Part shown: piece after piece, positions 54,153 to 64,000 of the stretch
Position numbering within the stretch: position 1 is the first letter of the stretch
How the letters are laid out: each line of letters starts with the position of its first letter
Source of the DNA: Paecilomyces variotii
Lineage: Eukaryota
Length of the DNA: 64,000 nucleotides
Assembly (NCBI GenBank): GCA_004022145.1
Contig: RCNU01000009.1
Strand: one strand, 5' to 3'
The notes under the pieces: model-generated
What the model was told of the DNA's origin: nothing
Databases searched by the model: none
The model's input: the letters and a program-made list of their open reading frames with translations, nothing else
Position numbers and translations under genes: made by a program

Positions 54153-56714
54153 CTAGTCCTCCTGCCAGCCCAGCGTGTCCTCTTCATTTGCTGGCTTATC
54201 CTGCTCCTCAGTCTTCGACCGTTCTACCTGTTTTCTGTATAGACTCGCAAGGTAGTCCGAGGTGCTCGCCTCGTCGATCGTCTTGTCTTCACGGACTCTG
54301 AGAAAGCGTGGGAAGCGGAGACTAAGACCTCTCTCATCGCTCACGAGTCCAATGGCGGCAGTATAAGTCGGACTAAGTGTGATGTCGGCAAAGGCCATCT
54401 CCCACACTTCCTGTGGCTCAAACCATACCTCTGGTTCGCCAAAATATTCAACGTAACTGGGTCGCGCGATAACGTTGTCGCTGCCTTCGGCATACTTCTC
54501 TTTCATACTCTGGTAGAACTTGTCCGTAAAGCCGGACATGCACTTTGTGACTGCTTGGAGGCTCCCTGATTCTGGATCACGCACTGCCATGAGGACGGGA
54601 GACCACCACTTGGCCTTTCGGCCTTGTCCGTGCCATCCTGCGATGGGGATCAAGTCAAGCGTGTCAGACGCTGTACTGTAATCCTTCTTGACCTTCAACC
54701 ACGAATCTAGACGTTTATCTGGTTCATAGGTCGACAAGAGTGCTTTCCGTCGTGATCGGGTCTCTTTGATCTCGGTCGAACCGCCATTCTTAGATTCTCG
54801 ACTGTTGCTTGATTCGGCTTTGAGAGCCTTGGCCTCGTCCGTATCTTGCATTGGGTCCGCCGAGTCTAGGGCCGGACCCGATGGAGATGCATTGTCGAGG
54901 ACCTTGACCATGATACCTTCGCATTTTGCATCTGTAGCACTCTTGAAGAACTCCAACACAGCATCCGAGTCTGCGGATGTCGCATCCAGACTCTTGACCC
55001 AGGTAAACCTATTTGGGATTTCCACGAATAGGCTCCGAAGCAGCTCCCTCCGTTCTCGGAACGGCCGGTCAAGCAAAGGTTGGCCATTCAAGTACATCAG
55101 ATCAAATGCAAAAAGACACACCTTGACCTTGATGGCACCTATCTCGACGTTCTTCTTCGCACGGTTTGTCAGTACCTGGAAGGTCTTCAACTCGCCCGTC
55201 TCCTGGTCGACGGCGACCACTTCTCCTTCGAGGATGAAGCTGGAGACGCCCTCGCCGCGGATCTCAGGTACCAGAGATACAAGATCAGGGTATTTGTCCG
55301 TCATGAGTTCTAGATGTCTGGAGAATATCGAAACCTTTCCCTGAGCGTCGCAATGAACCTGTGCACGTTGACCATCATACTTGTACTCGCAACTAAAGTC
55401 TCTACCCTGAAGCTTTGTAAGCATATCAGCAAGATCACGCGTGATGCTACCCAGCATTGGCCGCAGAGGAATATGAAGACACAGTCCGCAGCGGATCAAT
55501 AGTTCCTCTGTTACTCCGATCTCGAGGAGGCAAGGAACGAGATCGTCATAATTAGGATGTCTTGCGTAGGATGCTTTCACAATCTCTTCGGCACCGCTAT
55601 ATAGTGCCGCAAGCTCTTCTTTCTTCAGACGCGAAAGCTCCGTCGTCGAACGAATAGAGAATTCCGCGCCTACTGGCCTCGAAATCAAGAACGCTCGAGC
55701 AAGCGCAATTAGCATCGTCGTTTTGACTGCTCCGATACGCAGATGCTGCACCAGAGTCCTCACGATGTATCTGCTTTCTTCAGCCCCTCGGGTGTCTTGA
55801 AGCAATTTCTCGACGATCCGCTGCTTTGTCTCTTGGCTCCCGGTACCTTTGCTCTTTGCGATCTTCACCAACGATTGATATACACCTTTGATTGTCAAAG
55901 GCTTGGGTTTTCTCAATGTAAACGTTTGTCTCTTTTTGGCTTCAAAAGCGACGTCTCCAGCGTCGCCGTGCTTGTCGTAAAGTGTCTTGAGACCCTGGCT
56001 ATTGAGACCAAAGACCTTCTTCAACGCTTTCGATATCGCAGAACCTCCCAAGCCAAGCTCCAGAGGAACATATGGAGGCGCAAAGGAGTTCGTTGCCAAC
56101 CAGACAGCAGGGAGTAGACTCGATGGGTCTCCTTCAATAAGGACCCTCAACAGATTCACCAAGGTGTCCACGATCTTGATTCTGCTCTGTGTACTGTTCA
56201 CAAGAACGAAGGCTCTTGTTAATAGTGCGTACGATGCATCTCCACCCTCGGATGCCCAGTATGCCCTGAGCTCGTCCACGTATTTGGATGGCTCAAAGGT
56301 CAAAGGGCTCTGATCAAAAGGAACAGTTAATGAGATCGCATCTTCCGTGCCTGTCGAAGACTGTAAAGATAGTGTCTCTTTCTTTGGAGACGAGATGACC
56401 TGTTTCAAAGTGGTATCCTTTGAACTTCCGTCATTGGAAGTACTGTTCAACTCATCCAATTGCGCTGTATTTCCTGAGGGTTTGGTAGCTGATGAAGACG
56501 AGCCGTCCTCTTTATCCCATTCCGCCTGTAGTTTGCGAGCAAGTGCTTCATCTGAGAGTGCGTCCTGATTATCTGATGTGATATTTTCCTGCGACTCCTC
56601 GGTTTTCTTTGCGCGCTTGGTAGCTTGTCCTTGGAAGAAGGATTCGATACTCCTCATACGCTGCTGCGGAGCTTCCGACTCGTTGACCTTGCGTTTCTTG
56701 GCCGGACTGGGCAT
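54153..56714 (-). CDS. ATP-dependent DNA ligase, ligase I family; likely the second paralogue (Adl1-like) rather than canonical Cdc9
   Basis: 853-aa intronless ORF with motif I EYKYDGQRAQVH, EGIMVK, WLKVKKDY and SLRFPRFLRVREDK. Confidence 0.92.
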   Translation of the reverse strand: MPSPAKKRKVNESEAPQQRMRSIESFFQGQATKRAKKTEESQENITSDNQDALSDEALARKLQAEWDKEDGSSSSATKPSGNTAQLDELNSTSNDGSSKDTTLKQVISSPKKETLSLQSSTGTEDAISLTVPFDQSPLTFEPSKYVDELRAYWASEGGDASYALLTRAFVLVNSTQSRIKIVDTLVNLLRVLIEGDPSSLLPAVWLATNSFAPPYVPLELGLGGSAISKALKKVFGLNSQGLKTLYDKHGDAGDVAFEAKKRQTFTLRKPKPLTIKGVYQSLVKIAKSKGTGSQETKQRIVEKLLQDTRGAEESRYIVRTLVQHLRIGAVKTTMLIALARAFLISRPVGAEFSIRSTTELSRLKKEELAALYSGAEEIVKASYARHPNYDDLVPCLLEIGVTEELLIRCGLCLHIPLRPMLGSITRDLADMLTKLQGRDFSCEYKYDGQRAQVHCDAQGKVSIFSRHLELMTDKYPDLVSLVPEIRGEGVSSFILEGEVVAVDQETGELKTFQVLTNRAKKNVEIGAIKVKVCLFAFDLMYLNGQPLLDRPFRERRELLRSLFVEIPNRFTWVKSLDATSADSDAVLEFFKSATDAKCEGIMVKVLDNASPSGPALDSADPMQDTDEAKALKAESSNSRESKNGGSTEIKETRSRRKALLSTYEPDKRLDSWLKVKKDYSTASDTLDLIPIAGWHGQGRKAKWWSPVLMAVRDPESGSLQAVTKCMSGFTDKFYQSMKEKYAEGSDNVIARPSYVEYFGEPEVWFEPQEVWEMAFADITLSPTYTAAIGLVSDERGLSLRFPRFLRVREDKTIDEASTSDYLASLYRKQVERSKTEEQDKPANEEDTLGWQED

Positions 56715-56958
56715 ATTTGATCACCCATGGTAGAATATGAGAGGATATATTGTACGCTAGAAAGCGATAGCGTATTCTTGACCCTCGAAAGTGTCCTGAT
56801 GCGCTGGCGCGATGTGATGGGGAGTTGCGAGTTGCAGCTTGTTGGCCCGCGGACTTGCAGCTGTAATACTTAGTCTAGCTCCACGACCGTTGACGTCGCT
56901 GTTCCCGCGAACCTCGTCAAGACACCTTTCACATTGATCTCCGCGATTATACAAAACA

Positions 56959-59693
56959 ATGGCGGCTTCATTCTCCCACCTCCCACCGCACGAAAGTGCG
57001 AGGGTGGAAGACTATCTCAATGATAAAATACAGACCTCGACCGATTTGGAGAGTCTTGACTCTCTTCTTTCCAACTTGCGCGCCCAGCAAGAGCTCCAAC
57101 AAAAACAGGTACGGCCAGCGCTTAATTCCGTCGGACGTCAGTCTAGGGTATCGCAAAAGCTAACATACAACGTTATCAGCTAGCTGAAGCCCAAGAAGCA
57201 CTAGAGAAGGCAACAAAGGCCTCGAATGACCATGCGAATGCGGTTCGACAACAGGCCGAAGCCTTCAATAGGCAACAAGCGGACATTGACAGGCGATTGA
57301 TGATTATAACCCAGTCGGACACGAGCGATGAAGCGGTAGCACAGTTTGAAGCTAGCATGGAGAAGCTCAGAAGACTTGATATCTCGAAAGGATACATGGA
57401 ACTTTTGAATGAAGTCGATCGGCTGAGGTACCCACTACCACCTCTGAACGGCAATCTACGGTCATCTAACACATTGTAGTAAGGAAGCTCTCGAGAATGT
57501 GCTGTCAGCGCCGCAACTTTCATTGCAACCGTATACTCGTCTGCGAAACCTTTCATTGTCGTTGAAAAACGCACAGTCAGCCGCAGAAGGCGCTGCCCCT
57601 CACTTGGTCGATTATGCAGAGAAACTAGCGTCTACACTATGGCACCAGATGAAGAAGGATTTCACCAGCAGGTTGCAAAAGAGTCTTGAGAAGATGAAGT
57701 GGCCTCAAAAGGACCTGGTTCTCACCAACGATGTGGTGGCGGAGTGGGCAGACTCAGTGCGCCTGCTACTCAGTTTGCAAGAGCCGTAAGCTACATTCTT
57801 GTCATTTCATAGTGTCCATGAGCTGACTAATGAGAAACAGGGAACTAGAACAGAGGAGCATATCTACTGGGAAGTCTGAGCAGGGTGCTGAACAGCCTAT
57901 TCTCCTGCCGTTAGAGGCGATGGTACATCCACTCGATCTTCGGTTCAAATACCACTTTAGCGGAGAGAAACCTACAAATAGACTTGACAAGGTATGGTCG
58001 AATCCCTCCAAAAATACATCTACGCGGGAGGCTAATACTTGGTAATTAGCCGGAATACTTTCTTTCCCACGTCATGGACTTGATCAGTACCTATAGTGGC
58101 TTCTTCGCAACATATCTTCAGCCGATTCTCGATGAAAGGGCGCAGGAAGCGGGATCCGGATTGCAGCCATACTATTTGAATGCTACGCATGCATTTATTA
58201 CAGCTTTGCTTCCAGTACTGCGTCAGAAAATCACGACTTTGCTCCCTCAGATTTCGGCCTACCCTCAGCTCCTTAGCCACTTCATACACGAGCTAATGGG
58301 CTTTGATAACGAAATTCGGGATACATGGGGATACTCGCCCAATCCACTTCTGGAGGATCACTGGAAGGGCTTGACATGGGAAGTTTTGACCAAGCAAGGC
58401 TGGTTTGACCGATGGCTTCAAGTGGAAAAGGAGTTTGCTTTGTCTCGGTACAAGGATATCATCGATACACCAGACAGTGGCCACATTGACTATGATGGGG
58501 TAGAGCCTTCAGCGTCCAAGCCTACAAAAGGTGCCATTCGGGTCAATGACCTCCTTGAGACTATAACAGAGCGGTACCGTCCACTTTCATCTTTCAGTCA
58601 GAGACTACGATTCCTCATCGACATCCAAATTGCGATATTCGACCAATTCCATGAGCGTCTACACTCTGGTCTCGAAGCATATCTTGCCATGACGTCCACA
58701 ATTGGACGCACCGTGCAAGGATCTGACGGACAGGCCGACCTTGAAGGTGTGGCTGGGCTCGAGCGGCTTTGCAGAGTTTTCGGAAGCGCGGAGTATTTGG
58801 AAAAGAAAATGCAGGACTGGAGTGATGATGTATTCTTCCTTGAACTTTGGTATGAGCTCCAAGACCGTGTCAGAGCCAACAAGGACGGCGGCAAGAATGT
58901 CGCTGGGCCGATGTCTGTTGCGGACGTCGCTTCGCGCACCTCACAAGCCGTTGCAGACAACCATAACAGCCATGGTCATGGCCCAGCCGCAGATGGTGCT
59001 CTGTTTGACGAGACTGCATCGGCCTACCGCCGCCTTAGGCTCCGTTCTGAATCCATCATTATCTCCACCTTGACGTACGATGTACAGTCAGCTCTCCGAC
59101 CATACTCGCGCGTTTCGACATGGGCAACTTTATCACCCCATTCGGAATCAGCAGGCTATCCATTGCCTCCAAGCTCCGAGTTGACTGCCGCTATACGTAC
59201 CCTCTCACCCACAATTTCCTTCCTTGCTCGTGCCCTTGGTATAGCCCCGCTTAAACGGATAACGCGCCAGCTCCTCCTTGCCACCCAGACTTATATTTGG
59301 GATAACGTGTTACTACGGAATACATTTTCTACAGCAGGATCGATGCAACTTGCCAGCGATGTGGACCATCTCTGCAATGTAGTTGACCAGGCTCTCGGAC
59401 CAGCTGGGAAACCGGGCGAGTCGGCGCTGGTGATCCGGAAGCTCAAAGAGGGCTTGACCCTGCTGTCTTTGCAGATCAGATCCCAGCAGTCGAATGTGAG
59501 TCAGGACCAGCAGATAAAAGAAGCAGAAGCAGAGTCGACATCTGCACGCGGTCTGGATCTTTGGGAAGTGGAGAGAAGGCTGTTTGCGAACAACGAGAGC
59601 GCGAGAGAAGTGCTTTCTGAGCTGGAAATTGAAACCTTGACGGAATCAGAGGCCAGATCGGTATTGGAGAAACGAGTTGAAGTCCGGAGCTGA
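56959..59693 (+). CDS. tip20: RINT-1/Tip20 family tethering protein (Dsl1 complex), 5 exons
   Basis: RVEDYLNDKIQT, LDLRFKYHFSGEKPTNRLDK-PEYF, LLSHFIHELMGFD, FDRWLQVEKEFA and ITERYRPLSSFSQRLRFL. Confidence 0.88.
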
Positions 59694-60087
59694 AATATTG
59701 TTGTCTGGAAGTGCGGCATAAAGTAATGAGAAACAGTTCGATTAGTTCAGGGACCAACATCGGACCGAATATACCCCACGCAAAATTGAATGTTTACTTA
59801 GGATCAGACACAAAGCGGAGATATTTAAAGTCATGACATTTCTATATTCGCCATATATATTTATATTCAAATGGTTTGGGAGCGTGACTTTCTATGTACG
59901 TATGTACTTGCTCCGTATGAGTGGAATGTTCGTAGATCTATATCCAAAAGATGGAGCGTAAATGGGGACAGCCGCCCTCCTTATGCACTTGGGTGTCCCA
60001 AAGGACACGATATATACCCATAAGTCCATTGGTCTTTTTTTGAGTGGTTTCTGATCAGAAGAGATTCAACGAGGGTGCAGAACCCCC

Positions 60088-61984
60088 TCACTGCCGAACA
60101 ACAGGCCCACGACCACGCTCAAAGGGCCCCTGTTTTCTCAACACGGGTCCATGGGGCTCTGTTGCGCGCAGCTCTTCAACCACACTGGGTCCAACCTCTT
60201 CAATTGCACGGACGAGTGTTTCCACGGTCTCCTTCGTAGTGAGAACGTTCACCACGCAGCGGAAAAACTTGCCCTTTCCGACGGCTTCCTCGTCGCCGCT
60301 CGGAGGGGCAAAGTCGATCATGAAGCCTTTGCTCACGATGCCGCGCGTGATCTTCTCAGTGATCTTGCTGTTGCGCCTGCCACGCTCGAGTTCATTGGGC
60401 GCGGATCCTGGCGGGTAGACGAACTGTCGGTTGGGAGCGTAGTAGAAGCATACCTGTAGACACGGAGGCGGGTTCTCGCTGACTAGGATGAAATTCGGAT
60501 TCGAGGATACCAAAGTCGCGAGGTAAGCAGCGATGTCACAAGCGGAATCGATCTGGCGCTCGTAGCCATCTGAGCCGTAATATGTCCAGCCGAGAAAGAG
60601 TTTGAGGGAGTCCGCGCGGCGGCCGCATTGTAGTGTCAGATCTGCAAGGTCCCAGACTTCAGGAGAGTCGACCTGTAGGTCTGCTTGATCGGCGGGCTTT
60701 CCATTTGTCACTGGCTCTGGGTCATCGTTGTGGAAGAGATAGCCAGCTGGAAGAGTATTTGCGCGATGGAACTGGCGGATATCAGCTGCCAAGAGGAAGG
60801 AACATGTCACTGGCGCGCCGAGCATCTTGTGAGGGTTAATGGCGATACTGTTTGCTTTCTCTGCCCCGGCAAGCTTGTGCTTCTGACGCCCAGAGAAGAC
60901 GAATGAGCCACCCCAGGATCCATCGATGTGCAGCCAGAGGTTGTGTCGTTGACAGATGGCCGCGATTTCCTCGAATGGATCAAAGGATCCAAAGACCGTT
61001 GTTCCAGCGGTGGCATTCACATAGAAGGGTGTCCTTCCTTCGTCCTTGGCCTTCTGAACGAGCTTCTCAAGTTCGGACGGAATCATACGCCCTGTTTTGT
61101 CCACGGGGACAGCCCATACAGCCTTACTTCCAAGACCGATCATCTGTGCAGCCTTTTCGATACTGTAATGGCCATGGCCACTTGTGAAGAGAACAAACTT
61201 ATATCCGTCATTGCCATCCGTCTTCGTACGTGGGAACAGTGTGTTTCGCGCGATCACGATCGACGTCGTATTGGACGCTGAGCCGCCCTGGACAGAGATT
61301 CCTCCTGCATGTTGACCGGTGAGTCCGAACAGGTTCGCCAACTTCTTTCCGGTGTATTTCTCAATGACAGTCAGGGCTGGAGAGACTTGGTAGACGTGGA
61401 GGTTGGTATTCAACGTAGCCAGAATCAACTCCGCTGCAACCCCTGGAGCGTTCGTTGAAGCGTACAGCTTATCCAAGAATCCCTGGTGCCATGTGTTGAC
61501 AGAGTACCGCAGAACCTTTTGAAGGATCTGCAGCAAGCCTTCCTGTCCCTTCCCCGAGGATGGGAATTCTAATTGTAGTGTATCCCGCAAGTCCTCCGGT
61601 CTCCGGTAGTCGACTAGAGATGTCACCGCGTCGCGAACGTCTCCATCGGAACCGTACCGGTCGCTTCCAGTTTTAAAAGGGTCTTTATCTGCGGAGTCGA
61701 TGAATGGGATCAGAAGGTCTTGCACCGCATTGAGAAGCTAGACGAAGGCGAAACCGCCGTTAGTAAAGAATGTTGCTTTGGATCAGATCTGAAAACGAGC
61801 ATTGAAATGTCAGAGCAAGGACCATAAAAACGAAGAAGAGGGAGAAATTACAGAGCGATGCGCAACAGTAAAAAGCGTTCAATTGCATTTGACTCGACGT
61901 TGATGGACTCACATTTCGCACTTCCTCCGCGCGACTCTGACTCTTCCCATTTGGCATGGGTGCTGAGGAACCATTAACAGACAT
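60088..61984 (-). CDS. Group II PLP-dependent acidic amino-acid decarboxylase (GAD65/CSAD/GADL1-like)
   Basis: Intron 61738-61912; YSVNTWHQGFLDKLY, HYSIEKAA, ATAGTTVFGSFDP, WLHIDGSWGG, PLP lysine in NPHKMLG, and QCGRRADSLKL. Confidence 0.9.
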
Positions 61985-62804
61985 GGATTCTGGCAGTCGC
62001 AGTCGCAGAGCTTGTTCCTGTGCTACCGGGTATCGTTGGGACTGCTTGTTCTATTTTATTTTATTTTTTTTCTTGGGACAATAATAATTGCGGCACTACC
62101 GGACCAACAACAGAAAGAAAAAAAAAGAATCCAAAGGCCGTTCTGTCTCATCCCACCACCAAAAGCAGACGGCAATTGCGACACCGGCTTCTCCGCGATG
62201 GCGACAAACCCCGGCGGCGTGACATCATCAGAGATATCTTAATCATACGTCGCAAGAAAGTGACTATATGAATATACTTATATACTTACTTACTCTCACT
62301 ATCTAGACGACGATTTAACCGAATCACCTCAGCGCGGGGTTCGAAGATATTGGTCTACTCTTGCCCCGCGCTGCTGCGAGACAAGCGGCAAAGATTCCAG
62401 CCACGGCGTTGCTAAGTCACCATTTTATCAAAAAAGAAGACTAGGGAATTTCTGCCGCTTCACATATGTATATATAAGAGACCTGGCGGGATATAGATTA
62501 GAATACCATCAAGAATGGCGCTGATGAGAAAAGCCCATCTGTGACCTGCCCAGCTGGATCAGTCCCGGCTGTTAGACAGAGACGGATTGATCGACACTGC
62601 GACACTGTAGGAGGGAAGAATAAACCTGGTGATTGGGCTGTGTTCCTGAACAACATGCGGGGGACAAGGCAGTGGAAATCTACATTCATCTTTTGATTGT
62701 GAGAAGATTTGGATCGCGCAAACAACCGGAGAACAATATAAAGTCCTCCCCCATCTTTGTATTCATTATTTACAATAAACCCTATCATGAGAATCACAAG
62801 TCTT

Positions 62805-64000
62805 CTATGACTTCGCAGCAACGGATTTCTGTTCACTCTCCATTTTCTTCGCTGGTTCTGTCTTCTCTGCTGTCCTCTCTGCAAAACGGGCTCGCGCGAG
62901 CTCAATCCTCGACTTGGGACGCTCTGCGGGGCCAGAACCGTTCTCTGTTTGAGGTCCCAATCCCTTGGCTTTCGCCTTCCATTCTCCTGGTCGTCGCTTA
63001 TACAGATCCATGGACCAGTTCCGCCATACGGCTCGTCCCACGAAGGAATCGCGGAGGGTGAGCTCATTTTGTGACAGCTCCTGTGCGAACCGCTCCTTAA
63101 CGAAGAAGATGTCCTTGGTCGCGGGCCAGAGGGCATCCGCAACGTGTGAGCCGCTCGAGTGAAGGGCTAACTCGTTCATGTGGCCGAGGAAGCGCGACGT
63201 GAACTGGCGGCGGAACTGAGCGGTTGAAGTAGGAAGGGTGAGCGCTTGCTGAAGCACTCTCGAGGAAATAGGATCCATCGCCATCTGAAGCAGATCCTCT
63301 GATGACTTAGCCAAAAGACTGGAGTAGATCATTCCACTCAGCGGACCGGAGACGCCCAGCATGGTTTGCGCGAGCAAAGAGCCGTGCGTCTTTTCCGCGT
63401 TTCTGGCCGTTGGGTTCTCCGGCTCTCTCTGCGGCTCTCCCTTGGGCTGGGATTCTTCTTGACTTTCTTGTTGGGATGCTGGCTGGAGTTTCAGCATCTG
63501 ATCTAGTCTGGTGGCAGGGTCCTTGTCATATGCAGCTTCGAGAGCCTTCGCGATAGGCGCGGTGTTGACTCCGCGAACCACACATCGCTCGATTAGCACC
63601 CTGGGAACAACCAATCTGGACCGTTCAACGAGACCTTGCGCTTCAGGCAAGATCAGTTCCACAGCAGCTTGCAAGTCATCTTTACCCAGTCTCTCCAGCA
63701 CGCGTAGGACAACATACGAGGCGGTCTCATTTCGCGCGAGGGAACCAATGCGTTCCTTGATACCATTTTTGTAGAGATTTTTGAAGAGCTTTCCGGGGGC
63801 ACATCGCACAATCGTCTCGAGCAATCGTGAGCCGACTGGATCGTAGAGTAAACCTCTGACAAACAGAGCACTTTCAGACCCTTCCTCCAATGTCTCATCC
63901 GGGATGAGCCTGCGGATAATGGAGTTCTCGTCCTTTGCGCTTGACTTGCCGAAATGGGAGAGTTCCAGAGATAGCAGGACCTGCAGCACCGGGTTTCCGA
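62805..64000 (-). CDS. nop9: Nucleolar protein 9 (Pumilio-repeat), 3' part; start lies outside the window
   Basis: [44 protein letters not shown] and [22 protein letters not shown]. Confidence 0.87.
   Translation of the reverse strand, partial: GNPVLQVLLSLELSHFGKSSAKDENSIIRRLIPDETLEEGSESALFVRGLLYDPVGSRLLETIVRCAPGKLFKNLYKNGIKERIGSLARNETASYVVLRVLERLGKDDLQAAVELILPEAQGLVERSRLVVPRVLIERCVVRGVNTAPIAKALEAAYDKDPATRLDQMLKLQPASQQESQEESQPKGEPQREPENPTARNAEKTHGSLLAQTMLGVSGPLSGMIYSSLLAKSSEDLLQMAMDPISSRVLQQALTLPTSTAQFRRQFTSRFLGHMNELALHSSGSHVADALWPATKDIFFVKERFAQELSQNELTLRDSFVGRAVWRNWSMDLYKRRPGEWKAKAKGLGPQTENGSGPAERPKSRIELARARFAERTAEKTEPAKKMESEQKSVAAKS

Overview
Fungal nuclear DNA, most likely Eurotiales (Aspergillus/Penicillium/Paecilomyces-like), judged from short GT-AG introns with CTRAC branch points and the gene content. 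A conserved backbone carries proteasome alpha-1 (3' part), a small conserved hypothetical gene, a GH18 chitinase, ubiquitin-S27a, an Ace2/Swi5 C2H2 factor, RNase T2, an RMD1/DUF155 protein, Vps41, a CP2/Grainyhead factor, a zinc metallopeptidase-jacalin protein, a Whi5/Stb1-like regulator, a DNA ligase I paralogue, RINT-1/Tip20, a group II PLP decarboxylase and Nop9 (3' part). Two accessory elements interrupt it. One is a 438-bp pogo/Fot1-type MITE with 94-bp TIRs and a TA duplication upstream of the chitinase. The other is a ~7.5-kb island (about 21.4-28.9 kb) of five non-housekeeping genes: a pseudokinase, an unknown protein with a decayed tandem repeat, a PD-(D/E)XK nuclease-like pseudogene, and a tail-to-tail overlapping pair. 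That pair is a broken Zn-deaminase-like gene (GNCA[K]...CxxC) and an intact small gene with a SUKH/US22-like pattern, which I propose as a candidate fungal toxin-immunity module. All family assignments come from motif recognition by eye; no searches were run.
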